Origin: Eledone cirrhosa | Taxonomy: Eukaryota | DNA: 64,000 nt | Direction of reading: 5' to 3' | Assembly: GCA_964016885.1 (NCBI GenBank) | Contig: OZ024740.1 | Span: forward strand, 317,440,001-317,504,000 | Shown: in pieces, positions 44,281-58,852 of the stretch | Layout: every line of letters starts with the position of its first letter | How positions within the stretch are numbered: position 1 is the first letter of the stretch | Position numbers and translations under genes: made by a program | Notes under the pieces: model-generated | Database searches by the model: none | Seen by the model: the letters and a program-made list of their open reading frames with translations, nothing else | What the model was told of the DNA's origin: nothing

Positions 44281-46249
44281 TTCTCTTTCTCTTAATTTCG
44301 AGTATATTTTTTTGACCGGCCACCTTCCTGGTGGCAAGGTTGTAAACGAAAAGAAATTGTCATCCCTTGAATCGCAAGAATGTTTTGCAAATTTTGAAGG
44401 TGCCAGCTATCGCAGCCATTTGTAGACTATGAATTAGGGAGCTGCGCTTTTTGTCCGCAAATCCAAGTTCAGTCATACTTTGGTCCAAGTGGGTTGGTAT
44501 ATAACCCGTAACACCAATAATGATGGGTATGAAGCTAAAGGTGTATCTTGGATACTGGATTTGTAAACTCCTCATCAATGGTCCGTAGATGTCCTCCTTC
44601 TCCTGTATTTTTCTGACAACGTTTACATCAAGTGGGCAGCTGATCTCCACAACAGAACACGTTTTCAATGTGTGGTCCCAAACTACAATATCAGGCCGGT
44701 TGTGCTTTAATTTGGTGGCAGTTTTTATTTTCAGGTTCCACCAGTATTCCTTAGTGCCATCTGTCTCAATATATTCTTCCTCGTTTGTTGTTAATTTTGT
44801 TTTCCGAAGTGCGTTCCAGATGGTTCTAGCTATCCCATCGTGTCTCATGGGGAGGTAGTAGCGAGATGACATTCTTTCGCAGCTGGCAACAATGTGGCTT
44901 ACATCCTCGATCTTTGTTTTACATAGCCTACATTTATTGTCAGCTGCTGGCCCTCCTCTTTTGTGCAGCAGATATTTGGTAGGGAGTTCTTGTTCCTGTA
45001 TTGCATAGAGATATCCCTCAAGGTGTGATGTCATAAACTTGTCGGAACTCCATGCCAGGCTTTTTGAGTGGTTTATCCCCTCTATGATCTGTGTTTTACG
45101 CCTCAAGTATCCATGCACAACTTTTTCTGTAAATTGGTCAATTTTTTAATCTTGTTTGAACATTGAATAGGATCTTCCGATTTCTCTGGGTGAGAGATTT
45201 ATATCAGGCTTTATTCCATATCTCTCCTCCAGATCAGTCGCTATTCTAATGATATTTCTTTTTTCATGCTCATAAACCTGGGCAAGATGGTTGCCAACCT
45301 TTTTCCTCTGTTGAAGGTGTTGCTTCAGTGTTACTATCCGGGTCTCATATGTTGTTAATATTGATTTTAGACCCCGGCCACCTTCCTTGCGTGAGAAGTA
45401 TAGCCTATCCACATCACCATTGATGTTAAAGTTCCCAGTAATACTGAGAAGTTTTCGAGTTCTAACATCCATCTCACTTAGTTCTTGCAATGACCAGTTC
45501 AGTAGGCCAAACGTTGGCGTTAGAATTGGCACAGCATAAGTATTGTGGGCAATGTATTTGTTGTATGCTGACAGCTCTGATGACCATATTTTCTTTACTC
45601 TTCTGTGGTATTCAGTTCTGGTTCTCTCCTTATTTATGGGTCCATCATATCTGACATTCTCATCCTGTCCAAGATATCTGTAGTTGTCACCTGACTGCAG
45701 AGGTATTGTCAGGCCGTTCATCTCTAGATTTCTAGAGGAGGGCACAGCTCTTCCACGTTTTACTGCCAAATATGCACACTTGGACTCACCAAATTTCATT
45801 TTGATGTCGGTTGAAAATTGTGTAATGAGGTCCAATTGTTTCTTGATGTCATTGATATTTGGCCCATACAACTTCAGGTCATCAACAAAGAAAAGATGGG
45901 AGATACTTCTGGGCCCACTTCTTTGTCCACCTTGTTTCCTGAGTAGGTAAGATAGTGGATTCAGTGAGAGAACGAAGAGTAGCACTGACAAGCTATCACC
46001 CTGAAAGATCCCCTTCTGGTAATGTATCTTATCAGTCTTAACCTGCTCCTTCTCACCTCTAAGGATCAAATTGGTGTACCAGTTCTTGATCAGGCGTTCA
46101 ACAGCAGCTACCAATGGTTGTGGGACTTTAGCTAACTGTAAAGCCTTAATAATCCACCCATGAGGTACACTATCAAATGCTTTTTGATAGTCCAGCCACA
46201 CGACAGTCATGTTTCTGCGATTCTTTGTTGTTTTTTCCTGAATCATTTT
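44281..46249 (-). mobile_element. 5'-truncated R4/Dong-like RLE LINE in (TATG)n
   Basis: (TATG)n on both sides; coding region listed below. Confidence 0.85.
44360..46246 (-). pseudogene. RT plus CCHC plus restriction-like endonuclease, one in-frame stop at 45146-45148
   Basis: LDYQKAFDSV, GIFQGDSLS, FVDD, CRLC...H...C, RHD, RPDIV...VEISCP; the two ORFs share a frame. Confidence 0.9.
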
Positions 46250-46481
46250 GTATATGTATGTATGTATGTGTGTATGTATGTATGTATGTATGTATGTATG
46301 TATGTATGTATGTATGTATGTATGTATGTATGTATGTATGTATGAATATATGTATGTGTGTATGTGTGTATGTATGTATGTGTGTATGTATGTGTGTATG
46401 TATGTATGTGTGTATGTATTTATGTATGTATGTATGTATGTATGTATGTATGTATGTATGTATGTATGTACGTATGTATGT

Positions 46482-47095
46482 CAGGTCACCAGTTGGTCCT
46501 ACTGGTAACATGTATCCCAGTACAACCTGTCTCATGGCCGGGTCGTTGGCGACTAAACTGGCAACCCCACCAAGGTTTCTTGGTGAGGAGGGTGACTTTG
46601 GACATCCTGCAGGACTAAAAACAAAACCTGTCAAAGGGCAAAGGAGCTCTTAAGAGTCAATGGCCATCCAAAATCACCGGGAGAGATGACCCCTTAGCCT
46701 TTGTCAAGGCAGAATTCTAGGAGAAGGAAAACTCTGATATAACACATGCAACTCTGATGGTATCCAATGATGTTGACTTGTTCTTCTTGTTGGTAAATAT
46801 CATCTTGGTTAAGAGAGTGGGACTGGCTTTGTGCAGTGCTTTTGCTCACTATAAAAGCTTCACGGCACAGGCATTGCTTTATATTTGGAGATCTCTCTGC
46901 ACTTGTCGTCACATGGTACCATGGGCCCAGCACCATGTGTCAATAATTGTCACAAGTGTAGTGTTTGTACCAGAGTTTTCAAGTCGCTCGCTGGCTGGAC
47001 TAAAAAGTCACACTTGTTCAGCGCATCGGTAGTGGTTCTTCTATATGGATATATAGTAGTGGCCGTACTCAAAAACGAGTTGGCAGCCACCATGT
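46482..47095 (+). mobile_element. Non-autonomous element of about 610 bp, probably bipartite RTE-like (5' UTR plus 3' end)
   Basis: Near-identical copy at 60529-61130; C2H2-like remnant CSVCTRVFKSLAG..KSH; (TATG) tail. Confidence 0.65.
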
Positions 47096-47150
47096 ATGTT
47101 TGTATGTATGTTATTGGTTGTATATACTTGTATATAGCGTATTTGTCTTG

Positions 47151-47228
<78 letters not shown>

Positions 47229-47273
47229 CCATACTTTCTTAAATGTATATATATATGTATATATCCTTACTTT

Positions 47274-47320
<47 letters not shown>

Positions 47321-47414
47321 ACTAGAGATTGATTAACATATAAAAATACATGAATAATCACAGGAGATAATTTTTGCTTGCGTGTAACCGCGCATAGCTA
47401 ATTTACCTTTAAGT

Positions 47415-47797
47415 GTGATTAACCTTCCTTGTATATATCCTATTAAAGAAATATATTTCACCAATTAATCAGATGGTAAGTCACGGAAAGTGGATATTAT
47501 TGGATTGTCAACAAGGAAAGTGATAATTTCCAGCTATTCGTGCTTACAGAGCGAGATCAAATCCACAACTATCTGTTACCACGTGTTGCGTCCACACAAG
47601 ATAGCGGTTTCGTTTCAGTGGCGTGAAAAGGTATTCGACAACTAGAAATAGCAGTCAAATTCTTTTCAACAGAAATAGCTCAACAATTAAGGAGCCGTAT
47701 ATATATATATCCAATAATATCCACTTTCCGTGACTTACCATCTGATTAATTGGTGAAATATATTTCTTTAATGGGATATATACAAGGAGGTTAATCA
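47415..47797. repeat. Inverted repeat pair of about 90 bp
   Basis: 47415-47505 is the reverse complement of 47709-47797. Confidence 0.8.
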
Positions 47798-48491
47798 GTG
47801 AGGAGTGGGGTCTTAATAAGACAGTAGCCGGACTATTACTATGAACTATAGTAGTAGTTTTGGCAAATTTTTGCTCAACAAAATAATTTATATATATAAG
47901 TATGTATATAGACGTACAGTAGTATGTATATATATACATACATGCACACATAAATATATATGTACGTATGGATTTATACATATATGTATGTACGTATACA
48001 TACTTATATTTAAGTAACAGCCGTAATAAGAGTGAGAAATGAAATTTCGTTTCATTTTTTCCATTTATCGTTTTCCGTGCGCCCGGCCGATTAACTCACT
48101 CGATATGCAAATTAGGCTGCTCAGCCGTTAATATGCATAAGGAAAGTATATACTTTCAGACGTTCAATCATCTGGCAGGAAGGTATACGGTGCTGACGAT
48201 AGCTAATAAACTTGAAACTAGTACATCGTTCCTGTGTCAGTGTTGAACAAAAGGCAACGATGGTTGCTAAACACTGTACGGCTTAATCCGGGAAGTTTGT
48301 TTACAAACAAACCGAGCATTATAATAAATGTTTGGTAAATCCATACGTACATATATATATGTGTGCATGTATGTATATATATATACATACTACTATACGT
48401 CTGTATACATGTATGTATGTACGTATGCATACTTATATTTAAATAACAGCCGTACTAAGAGTGAAAAATGAAATTTCGTTTCATTTTTTCC

Positions 48492-48559
<68 letters not shown>

Positions 48560-48614
48560 GCATACATACATACATATATACACACAACATACATATATAT
48601 ATATTTATATATAT

Positions 48615-48724
48615 AGGAAAAGAGTCAGGACCCCGACGGCTGAGCTCCGGCCGTTTCGACAGCTAGTTCGGATCTAGCTGTAGAAACGGCCGGACCTCAG
48701 CCGTCGGGGTCCTGACTCTTTTCT
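48615..48724. repeat. Hairpin with arms of about 50 bp, terminus of the family at 43141
   Basis: gaaaagagtcaggaccccgacggctgag...ctcagccgtcggggtcctgactcttttc. Confidence 0.8.
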
Positions 48725-48796
48725 TATTACCCTCTCTACTACCCTAAGTATAGAGTACTCTGGTGCGTTATGGTCCATCTTATCACACTTTCTTTG

Positions 48797-48855
<59 letters not shown>

Positions 48856-49245
48856 AAGAGAGAGAGATGTAAAATCCTGCCCGCGGCTCCAAGCGGTTTC
48901 GGCTTGTTTGTTCAGAAAGCCTTTTCAGGTAGGAAATGGCTTTCGCGGCAGTTGGGATTTTACGTATCTGTATACCAATTCTGCATCTACCCATGCATTG
49001 AGTACTCCCGTGGTTAGCAGTCTCCTTGGTCTCAGTACCACAGACTATATACACATGCGCGCACACACACATACACATAAATATATATATATATTCACTT
49101 TATTAAGGCTAAACAAGACTAGCTATTTAGCCTTGTTAAAATGAATACTTAAACTCTTCTTCGGTATTGTGTACTCTTTTCTCTCATCAGCCATCAACTA
49201 TATACGGACACACACACGCACACATACACACAAACACACACAAAG

Positions 49246-49276
<31 letters not shown>

Positions 49277-49921
49277 AATATACATTTATATATAAATAAA
49301 TATATATGTATATATATAGTCTCCTTCTCAATAAGGAAGATGAAAAAAACTTACCTCTTGATTTTAAATCTTTAATATTTAATTTTTAATACTTATTAAT
49401 TCTTATTAATTCATTTTAATTGTAATACTCACCATTTGATAAGATGAATTTTAATAAATCATCGAAACCAGTTATACTTTATATACGTTATATACATTAT
49501 AAAACTCTTTTTTAAAAGAATTGTCCCTCTCATTTTTTCAATAATGTCACTTTCACGAATCAAAGAAAGGGAAAAAAAGAGAAACAGACCCTAAAATATA
49601 TTTTCCGTGCTATTTTCAACTTCACCGTTTCTCCCTCCCTCTCTCTCTATATATACACACACACACGCTTTTCGAAATATTTACTTCTGCGTCCACAGAT
49701 TGATTTTGTTTAGTATCAGAAGATCCCGTTAAGGTTGAAAACACCGATTCTTTGCTTAAAATTTAATCTGTTATTTTAATATATATATATAATTGGTGTG
49801 GGATGCTTAAAGCGTCCGTATGCGGTAGGCCGTTTGAGCACTCGATGCTCTTACAGAGCAGAGTATAATATCACATAAGAAACGGAGAATCAGTGGTGCG
49901 ACGAATTAAAATTTATTAGAC

Positions 49922-50010
49922 ATATTACAAACGTTTCTCTGGCGACCAGCTCGAGACACGATCGATGCGATGATCGAACCTGACTCTGAAATCGCAAGAT
50001 CCTCAGATAC
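49922..50010 (-). ncRNA. Probable hammerhead ribozyme
   Basis: Minus strand: gtat-CTGAGGA-tct...aga-GAAA-cgtttg-TA-atat; weak stem III. Confidence 0.5.
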
Positions 50011-50046
50011 GTCTCGATTATCAGAAGCAAAGTTTGGAAACTCTGA

Positions 50047-50105
<59 letters not shown>

Positions 50106-50108
50106 ATT

Positions 50109-50194
<86 letters not shown>

Positions 50195-50199
50195 GAGAT

Positions 50200-50724
50200 T
50201 TTGAGTTTATGTTGGTTGTATACCAACACCTCAGTATGCAGGCTGGAGCACTCGAGGAAGTGCGCAGGTTGGTTTGGTTACTCCGGAGTAGTGTAAAATA
50301 AAGTTAAATAAAAGTCAAATGATTAAAATTTAGCTTCGTTTATTACTGCTATATATATTTCAGTGACAGCCATCTTTGGCTGTGACCTCTTCAGGCAGTT
50401 TGAATTAGTATGGTATAGACAAGTACATATGTTGTTTAGGTGTATAATATTGTCAATACTCTGATATGCCCAGTTCCTTGTTTGGTTGTTAATTCACTGA
50501 GGAACTGGATATGACTCCAGTTCCTCAGTGAATTAACAACCAAACAAGGAACTGGGCATATCAGAGTATTGACAATATTATACACCTAAACAACATATGT
50601 ACTTGTCTATACCATACTAATTAAAACTGCCTGAAGAGGTCACAGCCAAAGATGGCTGTCACTGAAATATATATAGCAGCAATAAACGAAGCTAAATTTT
50701 AATCATTTGACTTTTATTTAACTT

Positions 50725-50730
<6 letters not shown>
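50200..50730. mobile_element. Foldback with 215-bp arms and two outward-facing hammerheads (50345-50399 minus, 50626-50679 plus)
   Basis: Arms 50295-50509 and 50516-50730; ctgc-CTGAAGA-ggtcacagcca/tggctgtcact-GAAA-tatata-TA-gcag. Confidence 0.88.
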
Positions 50731-50784
<54 letters not shown>

Positions 50785-51476
50785 AACGTACCAATAAGGA
50801 AACATATTTCATTAACAAATTCCAACCTCTACTTAATGCTCTAAAATTCGGACCAATCTAAAACTGCAACAAACAATCAAACATTTACAAGAGTTACCTC
50901 CCTCACACCCTACCTAATCCTTTTTCTTAAATAATTAAATATCATCCAGCAAGAATTGCTTCCCCCTGCATATTAACTCTCTAAAAAGGGAAATCATATC
51001 AAACCTCAGTCCACCATTTGCCTCCATCATGGAATCATGGATCAACTAAGCACTCTTGCTATATTAACACATTTTGATCTGCTTAACTTCAAGAACTATG
51101 CCTGTAAATAACATTTTTTCTTCCACATTGACTTTTTATGCTCTACATTATGCCCGTTTTTTTCTTTTTTCTTTTTTCTTTTCACTTCATAAACCTTGTT
51201 TGTAAATAACATTATTCTTTCTGCACCTTCTCTTTAACAAGTGTGACACCACACTAATACATTTCACTATCATTTGATAATGCATAAAAATGCTGAAACC
51301 GGTAATAGACAATTATTAAATTGTTAAATAATAAATAAATCAACTAATACCTTAATACTTCACACAAAGTAAAACATTTCGTTTTAATCATTTTCTAACC
51401 CAGAAAAAAGAGAGAGAGAAACAAAAAAGGGGAAAAAATTTTTTTTTCTTCCTAATAATCGTCTCTTTCTCCCTGT

Positions 51477-51540
<64 letters not shown>

Positions 51541-51939
51541 CCACAATTCTGTCTTTCACGGGTCATAGCGAGCACATGCTAATCGATTCCAAACAGATGT
51601 GTGCAGCTTTTTGTTCAATTAGTAGGGACGTGTCGCGGGCGTGTAGCAGAATGGACTTTACTGCTTACCTCGGCGGTATCTCGTAGCTCTTGGCGATAGA
51701 GGCGGAATGTTACGAAAAGCCGATAACTGCCGCTAAAATTGGAGAACGATAAGTAGCTACACGTGGGGCGGGGGGGGGGGGGGGTAAATCGCCTCATTTG
51801 TGTGGTTTGCTCTACCAAATTTATGCTTACAAGCCAGATTTGTTCGGTGGCTTCATGGCAGACGAATAATGTATTGAACTTACTCCGCAGGTGTGTAACA
51901 CGTCTCGAGAGACTCACCAACAGCAACAACAACAATGAC

Positions 51940-52120
51940 AATAATGGTTTCTGATTTAGGCACACGGCCAACAATTTGGAGGGAGAGGAAAGTCGACTAA
52001 ATCGACCCCAGTGCGTTACTGGTACTTATTTTATCGATCCAGTAAGGATGCTAACCATGGCAAGATTTGAACTCAGAAAGGGGCATAACTATATACCGCA
52101 AAGCATGTTGTTCGACGAAT
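51940..52120 (-). mobile_element. SINE, family 1
   Basis: aatcgaccccagt..actggtact..ttttatcga...gatttgaactcaga. Confidence 0.65.
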
Positions 52121-52289
52121 AATAATGTCTTTTTCAGCAACACAGGGATGATATAGAAAACATTAAAGACGGTACAGTATGGCACACGATGATTCAATAA
52201 AGATTTGTTTCGTATAAAAAAAGTGTTTAAGAAAGCAAGAAACGTGTAAAAAAATTCAAAGAAAATTCCGCAATAACGGGGAGATTTCT

Positions 52290-53050
52290 AAGGGACACTC
52301 ATGGGGAAAGCCCACAAAAGCCACAGTCACACTGATTGCTAAAGCATACGCCCTTTCACTCCAACAATTTACATGCGCATATTCAGAGCAGATCCGTTTA
52401 CTTGGACCATGCTCGTCACTCTCATCCATCTTTCAACAAACTAATTTTCGTCTTCAAGTGGAACTTGAAAATGTTAATCTGGGTTTCGCCGAAGAGAAAT
52501 GTGCTTGTGTTCAAATCTTTCAAACACACCCACCACACGACCTCTTTTACCATGGCCTCATGGCAGTTGGAAACTGCTTATCCTTCCCGACGATGGACTC
52601 AACCAATAGTCGGATTTGTCCTATATGCGATAACAGCTGTTCGAAATGGCTGCGGAAGTCTGCAATGCACTGGACAAGTGAGTGCATGTCGGTTCCAACG
52701 CCCTGCACGTATCTCGGACAGACTTGACTAACGGTACGTCCATGCAGGTAGAGCTCATCTCAAACCGGCAATGCCCTCCGATAGCACTTCCAGGCCAGAG
52801 ATATCTGGAAGTTATCTATCAGCCTCTGGCTGAAAGTTCTCCGGAAGAGAGCGGTTAGTTAATTGGCTTCGACAATGTACTCAGTCCGTCAGGGATGCTC
52901 TTTCTTTCCTTCTGTGTGTTAACTCACGTAGTTTTTTAGGCATGTCTTCCCGCAGCTAGTCTCCTTCACTGAGCTGCAGTCCTGGGTCAAGTGAAAACCG
53001 TCCAATGTCCGAGCATTGCTGACTTGTGGAGTTTTGTCGAACAGCTATTA
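52290..53050 (-). pseudogene. Degenerate 3' end of a Tx1/L1-like ORF2
   Basis: Minus-strand translation SLAWKCYRRALPV*DELYLHG...VCPR...HSLVQC...AMVKEVVWW. Confidence 0.6.
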
Positions 53051-53519
53051 TTGTGTATGGGACAGATCCAGCTATCGCTCGATTCAGTCGTTTGGCAGTT
53101 TTCTTCTGCCTAGTGGCTGTGGCGTAGGTGAATGCGACTAAAAGGACTGAAGACAGACATTTTTCTCTTCGGCCAAGCCGTCGCCGAGTTTTTCAACTTC
53201 CACTTAGAAAGGAAGGTGAGGATAGTGAGGAATGTACATTTGTTAAAAAGCGGGTGAATGTAGCGAGGGTGGTCCGAGTGAATGAACCTACCCTGAGCAT
53301 GGGCCTGTAGGCTGGAGAGATCAACGAGAAGGGGGCACTTTTCTTGTTTGCTCTTGGCGGTTAGGGTGGTTTCAGATCTGTGGGATTCCTAAACTATCTC
53401 TGGGTGATGCTACTTCCTTTGGGCGAATTCTGATGGCTTAATTCATTGTCATTTTGTTACCTGTTTTCTTTGTTTAGATGATTAATTATATGTAAACCCC
53501 CCTGAGCTTGTCTATTTGT

Positions 53520-55078
53520 ATTGGCAGAATCGTTAGAGCATCGGACAAAATGCTTTGCAATTTAGATAGCAATAAAAACAGGACTACAAAAGTCAATTTG
53601 ATAATGAAAATATTGGCAGAATCGGTAGAGCATCGGACAACATGCTTAACGGCATAGATTTACATCCCTTTACGTTCTGAGTTAAAATCCCGTCGAGGTT
53701 AGTTTTGCCTTTTATCCTTACGGGGTCGCTAAAATAAAGTACTAGTAACGTACTGGGGTCGATGTAGTCGACTTCCCTTCAGATTAGCGGCCTTGTGCCA
53801 AATATAGAAACCATTATTGTTGTTGTTGTTATTGGTTTTTCCTTTTCCTTTGTCGAGTGTCGTGCCGTCACCTAAGGCAAAGAAACTCACTGTATACATT
53901 GATAAGCCACAAAAATAATTATTCTTGATTGTTCATGTCACGCACTTTACACATTTACAAGTACATCATTTGCTATATACATGTGCACGTTATTCGTTTA
54001 AAATCATATTTACAACAAAATGATAATCAATCATATAAGAGTGCTCAATTATTTACAACTTATATATTTCTGGAATATAATCGAATAAAATTATATATAT
54101 ATATAAATATCTAAATAAGGGAATATCATTCTCACAATGCTAGCATTCTTCTCAATACATGTGCTGTACCAGTTAAAACGATTTTTTTGCACTTCTTGCA
54201 AAAAGTGGTGGTAAGCCAGAAATCATTCTCAAATAAATTTCTGTTCCATTTTTTTATCATTCCTAGTGGTAAGGGTGTTGGACTTACGATCATAGTGTCG
54301 TAGGTTCAATTCCTTGAGTGGGTTGCATGTTGTGTTCTTGAGCAAAACACTTCATTCCACGTTTTTCCTGTATACTCAGCTGAAAATCATTACCAGCAAT
54401 AGCTGGAGGTTTAACCATGCGATGGACTGGTGTCCTGTCCAGGAGCGATGGACTGGTGTCCTGTCCAGGAGGAAGTCTTGTATTCTCAGTCACTTCACGC
54501 CATGAAACCGGAATAAGCACCGGCCTAACGAGTCTTCTGGCTTAAGACAGACTTTAGATTTAGACTAGTGCCCTACAACGATCACTGGTATTTTAACCGC
54601 CTTCTGGTGCAGCATTTTTTCAAGTCACAATATTGGGATCAAAAGGGATGCTCAAATCAATCGATGACTATACTTTGTTATTTTGGTCTTTTACAATAAA
54701 TGATCTCCGGTATTTTTATGATGAGTTTGAAGGCCCATTACGTACTGTGAAAGTATTCGGTGAATATTATTATTATTATTATTATTGACCGAGGTTAACT
54801 TTGCCTTTCATCCTTACGGGGTCGATAAAATAAAGTACCAGTAATACACTGGGTAATTGCTGGCCTTGTGCCTAACGTAGAAACAATTATTATTATTATT
54901 GACGGTGGATTGGCAGTATCGGTAGAGGGTCGGACACCATGCTTTCCAGCATAGTTACATCCCTTTACGATCCCGCCGAGGTTGACTTTTCCTTTCATCC
55001 TTACGGGGTCGATAAAATAAAGTACCAGTAATGCACTGGGTAATTGCTGACCTTGTGCCAAAAGTAGAAACAATTATT
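53520..55078 (+). mobile_element. SINE cluster: family 1 at 53520, 53613-53815, 54788-54890 and 54901-55078; family 2 at 54262-54555
   Basis: Repeated tggcagaatcggtagag heads and agtagaaacaattatt tails. Confidence 0.75.
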
Positions 55079-55079
55079 A

Positions 55080-56455
55080 TTGCCCTTACTCAGAATAGGC
55101 AGCATAAATGCACGTGGCTTGGGGTCGTCATGGAAGCAAGGTCACCTGCTTAACGACCTCAGGTCAATGAACATAGATGTGGTGGCTATCAGCGAGACCA
55201 AAAATTCCGAGGCACATGCCTTCGCACCCATCCTCGGCGGTTACGATGTGTACGCATCTCCAAGCCGGCCAGGATCGGGAGGCGGAGTAGCTGTGTTGCT
55301 TCGCAGAGGCCTGGACCTCATGATACGGACCATCTTTCTGGACCCAGAAGGGAAGTCGGTGGTGCTGGACGTCACCTGCAGCAAAGGCTATGCTTTTAGG
55401 CTAGTGGCTGTTTATGCCCCGACAGACTTCTTCAGACGTCTAGAGACCTTTCTTGGAACGTCCCGCTCTTTATTGTTAGTGGGCGACTGGAACGGTATTT
55501 TAGATGCACTCTGGGCTTATGAGGGGCTAGTAGACAGGGGTGGAGGTTGTAAAAGCTTCAACAACCTGCTCAGACGTTTTGAACTCTCTGACAGGTATAG
55601 ATTGGATTATCCGAATGTGCCAATGTGGGCATGGGCAAACCGCATCGGGTCATCCAGATCGTCTTTAGATAGGGTATTCTGTAGGGAAACAGATAAGGCT
55701 GGTGTACGTTGTCCACAATTTAAAGTAGTCGATTACACGGACCACAAATTCGTGATCTGTGAAGTTGACTTAGATAGACTCCATAAGTAAGGGCCCGGCT
55801 ACTGGAAGCTGAACGCGTCGTTCCCGGCACGCAAAGCTTACAGAGACCGTATTAGCGAATTAGTTAAGCGTGCGTTGACGGGTGCGATCGTCAACAACAG
55901 GTGGTGGTTTACGCTCAAAAGGGCTATTAGAGCTAGTTAGAAAGCTAGAAGAGGCGTTTAGGACAGGCATCGCAACCGACGTGTTTGCGGCGAGTTGCCA
56001 TTCGACCAATTCTTCAACGCAAAGATTGAAGGCTGCGTTGTCAGAGCTAGAGCGCGTGTTCTGAGACACGAGGGGACGAAAGCCGTTCAATGGGCCCAGG
56101 TGGTGGATGCGCGACGTGGCAACAAGTCGGTCTTTGTCTGATCAAAACGGGCCCATGTTGCCTGAATCCGAGCAGATGTGTGCGGCTTTTCAACAGCACT
56201 TTGCTCAATTGTTCGGGAGCGGCGGCGGGCCAGATCGGAATATGGACTTCGGTACATACTTCGACAGACTGCCGCGGCTCTCGTTGACCGCAGCACAGTG
56301 CTGTGAAAAGCCAATAACAGCACGTGAAATACGGGAAGCGATGTCTGACTGCACGAGGGGTAAATCGCCAGGTTTGGATGGTCTGCCCTACGAGCTTTAT
56401 GCGTACATGCCATACTTGCTCGGCGACTTCTTGGCAGATGTCTACTGCAACTGTT
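55080..56455 (+). pseudogene. Tx1/L1-like ORF2 fragment: APE endonuclease and start of RT
   Basis: SINARGL, ISET, GGVAVL, VYAP, VGDWN, LDR, TDHK; GPGYWKLN; KSPGLDGLPYE; stops and deletions. Confidence 0.85.
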
Positions 56456-56839
56456 ATAACCTGTTTACACGACCAAAACCCACTTTGTATCGTCCTGTAC
56501 TGTTCTGTGTCGTCTCTAATGTTTTTCTTCATGTTAACCCTTGTGGCCAATAAAGAAACCGTCATTATTATGATTATTAATTTTCAGCCAATGTAACCCC
56601 GAATGGTTTGTGGAATTCCTCAACTGTAATGAATAGCATGGAAACAAAGGATAAAATGATATATAGCTATTGAAGTGTTTCAACATATATTGAATTCATC
56701 TAGAAGAATTCCTGACATTCTGCATGTGGGAAATTCTCTGAACTTTCCAAAGATAGAATTATTTTCTTCATTTATTTTTGTTAAACTTTTGTGTGTGCGT
56801 GTGTGTTGTTTATATTTCTTTCTATCTTTTTTCTTTTTT

Positions 56840-57136
<297 letters not shown>

Positions 57137-58654
57137 TAGATAGATAGGCGTGTGGCTGAGTTGTTAGAGAACTGGATTCGCAATCGTGAAGTTGTGAGTT
57201 CGATTCCTGGACCGGGCGATGCGTTATGTCCTTGAGCAAGACACTTTATTTCACGTTGCTCCTTCTACCTGGAGTTGCGACCGATAGATAGTATTAGCAA
57301 TTGGAAAGACCAATGGAAACACTGTTTCCTCGGTCCGATTTGACGAAAGTCGATCGTTAGGAATATATATATATATATATATATATATACAAAGTGTTAG
57401 AACGATCAAATTTTAGTTTAGAACATTTATTTGCTGAAAAAAATTGTTTCTTCCAGAGGGAAGTCTGGAATCATCGGAGCATAGGGAATGTCGAAACATG
57501 TTACTAAAATCCTAGTCATTTAGAACATTTAGATATACATAATTGTTGTTAGTGTCAAAGGTAAGAGTGGAGAGTCAGGAGTTAAAAAGATGTTCTGCTT
57601 GAAAAAACACAATTTCAGGCAGCACTGGTTGAAAGTGTAAGATGTATAAGCGAAAACCACAAGCAAAAACAAACATCTTACACTTTAAACCAGTGCTGCC
57701 TGTAATTGTGTTTTTGGCTCTCTCCACCCGATGTGACATTTTGCTTACGGTGCGGTAAGTCACCGTCCGTAGCTGCTGGTCCTTGAAAAAATCGGGTGGA
57801 GGTTTCAGGGAAACTCTATTGGCGTTTCTTGTCACCATGGCCCTTGCGACTGCCATCTCCTCCTCTGTGACTAACACTGTTTCGATATTTCGGGCGACAC
57901 CTGCAAAAGAAGTGGTCCATTTTTCAGCGGCTCCACTATTGCTGCCGCTACTGGTCCTGTTAGTGGTGCTGAGATCGCTGTTACAGGTATCGATGTCATT
58001 GTTAATGTTTTCGTTGGTACTGTTGTTGCTGTTGTTGTTGTTTTCGTTGATACTGTTGCTGTTGTTACTGTTATTGTGGTTGTTGTTATTATTGTTGTTT
58101 TTGTTGATACTCTTCCTACTATTATTGTTGTTGTGGATGTTGTTATTGTCATTGTTATTGTCGTTCTCGATCTTACCGCTGTTATTTTTGTTGCTGCTGT
58201 TGTTATTGATGGTGTTGTTGTTGGTGTTATTATTGGTGTTGTTTGTGTTAGAAACATTTGGTAATTTTAAATCTGTAACAATATCATTAAAATGCTATTG
58301 TTCCTCTTTTCCTTCGTAATATTTTCTTTTATATTTACCTTCGCTAGAACGCTGTCTTGTTGATATGTTGACAAAGTCTCCCTCTCTCTGTGTTGTCTGA
58401 CAGCGCTCTCTCTCTTTCTTGTGTTATCTATGTTGAAAGAAATAATATTTTTTCACAATACGACACCCCGTAAAGGGGTGGTGTATTATTTACGAGTGAA
58501 CCCCTGTATTAGTTGGGTCACTTCTTCTAAACTTTTATCAAGTTTAAAACTTGAATAAAAGGTTTAGAACGGTTGAAAACGAGGTAAACTGTTGAAAAAA
58601 GACTGGTGGCGAGAAGAAGCGTGGCTTCACCAACAATAATAATAATAATAATAA

Positions 58655-58852
58655 ATAAAATAATAATTGTTTCTACTTTAGGTACAAGGCCAGCAATTAC
58701 CCAGTACATTACTAGTACTTTATTTTATCGACCCCGTAAGGATGAAAGGCAAAGTTAACCTCGGCGGGATTTGAACTCAGATCGTAAAGGGACGTAACTA
58801 TGCTAGAAAGCATGGCGTCCAACCCTCTACCGACACTGCCAATTCACCGCCC
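58655..58852 (-). mobile_element. Full-length tRNA-derived SINE, family 1
   Basis: Minus strand: ggcggtgaattggcagtgtcggtagag head, gagttcaaatccc B box, (ATT)n tail. Confidence 0.8.

Noticed and set aside
57575-58620. Thr-rich ORFs and an inverted repeat of about 43 bp (57603-57715)
   Set aside because: Possibly a decayed LINE 5' region, but no recognisable motif to support a call
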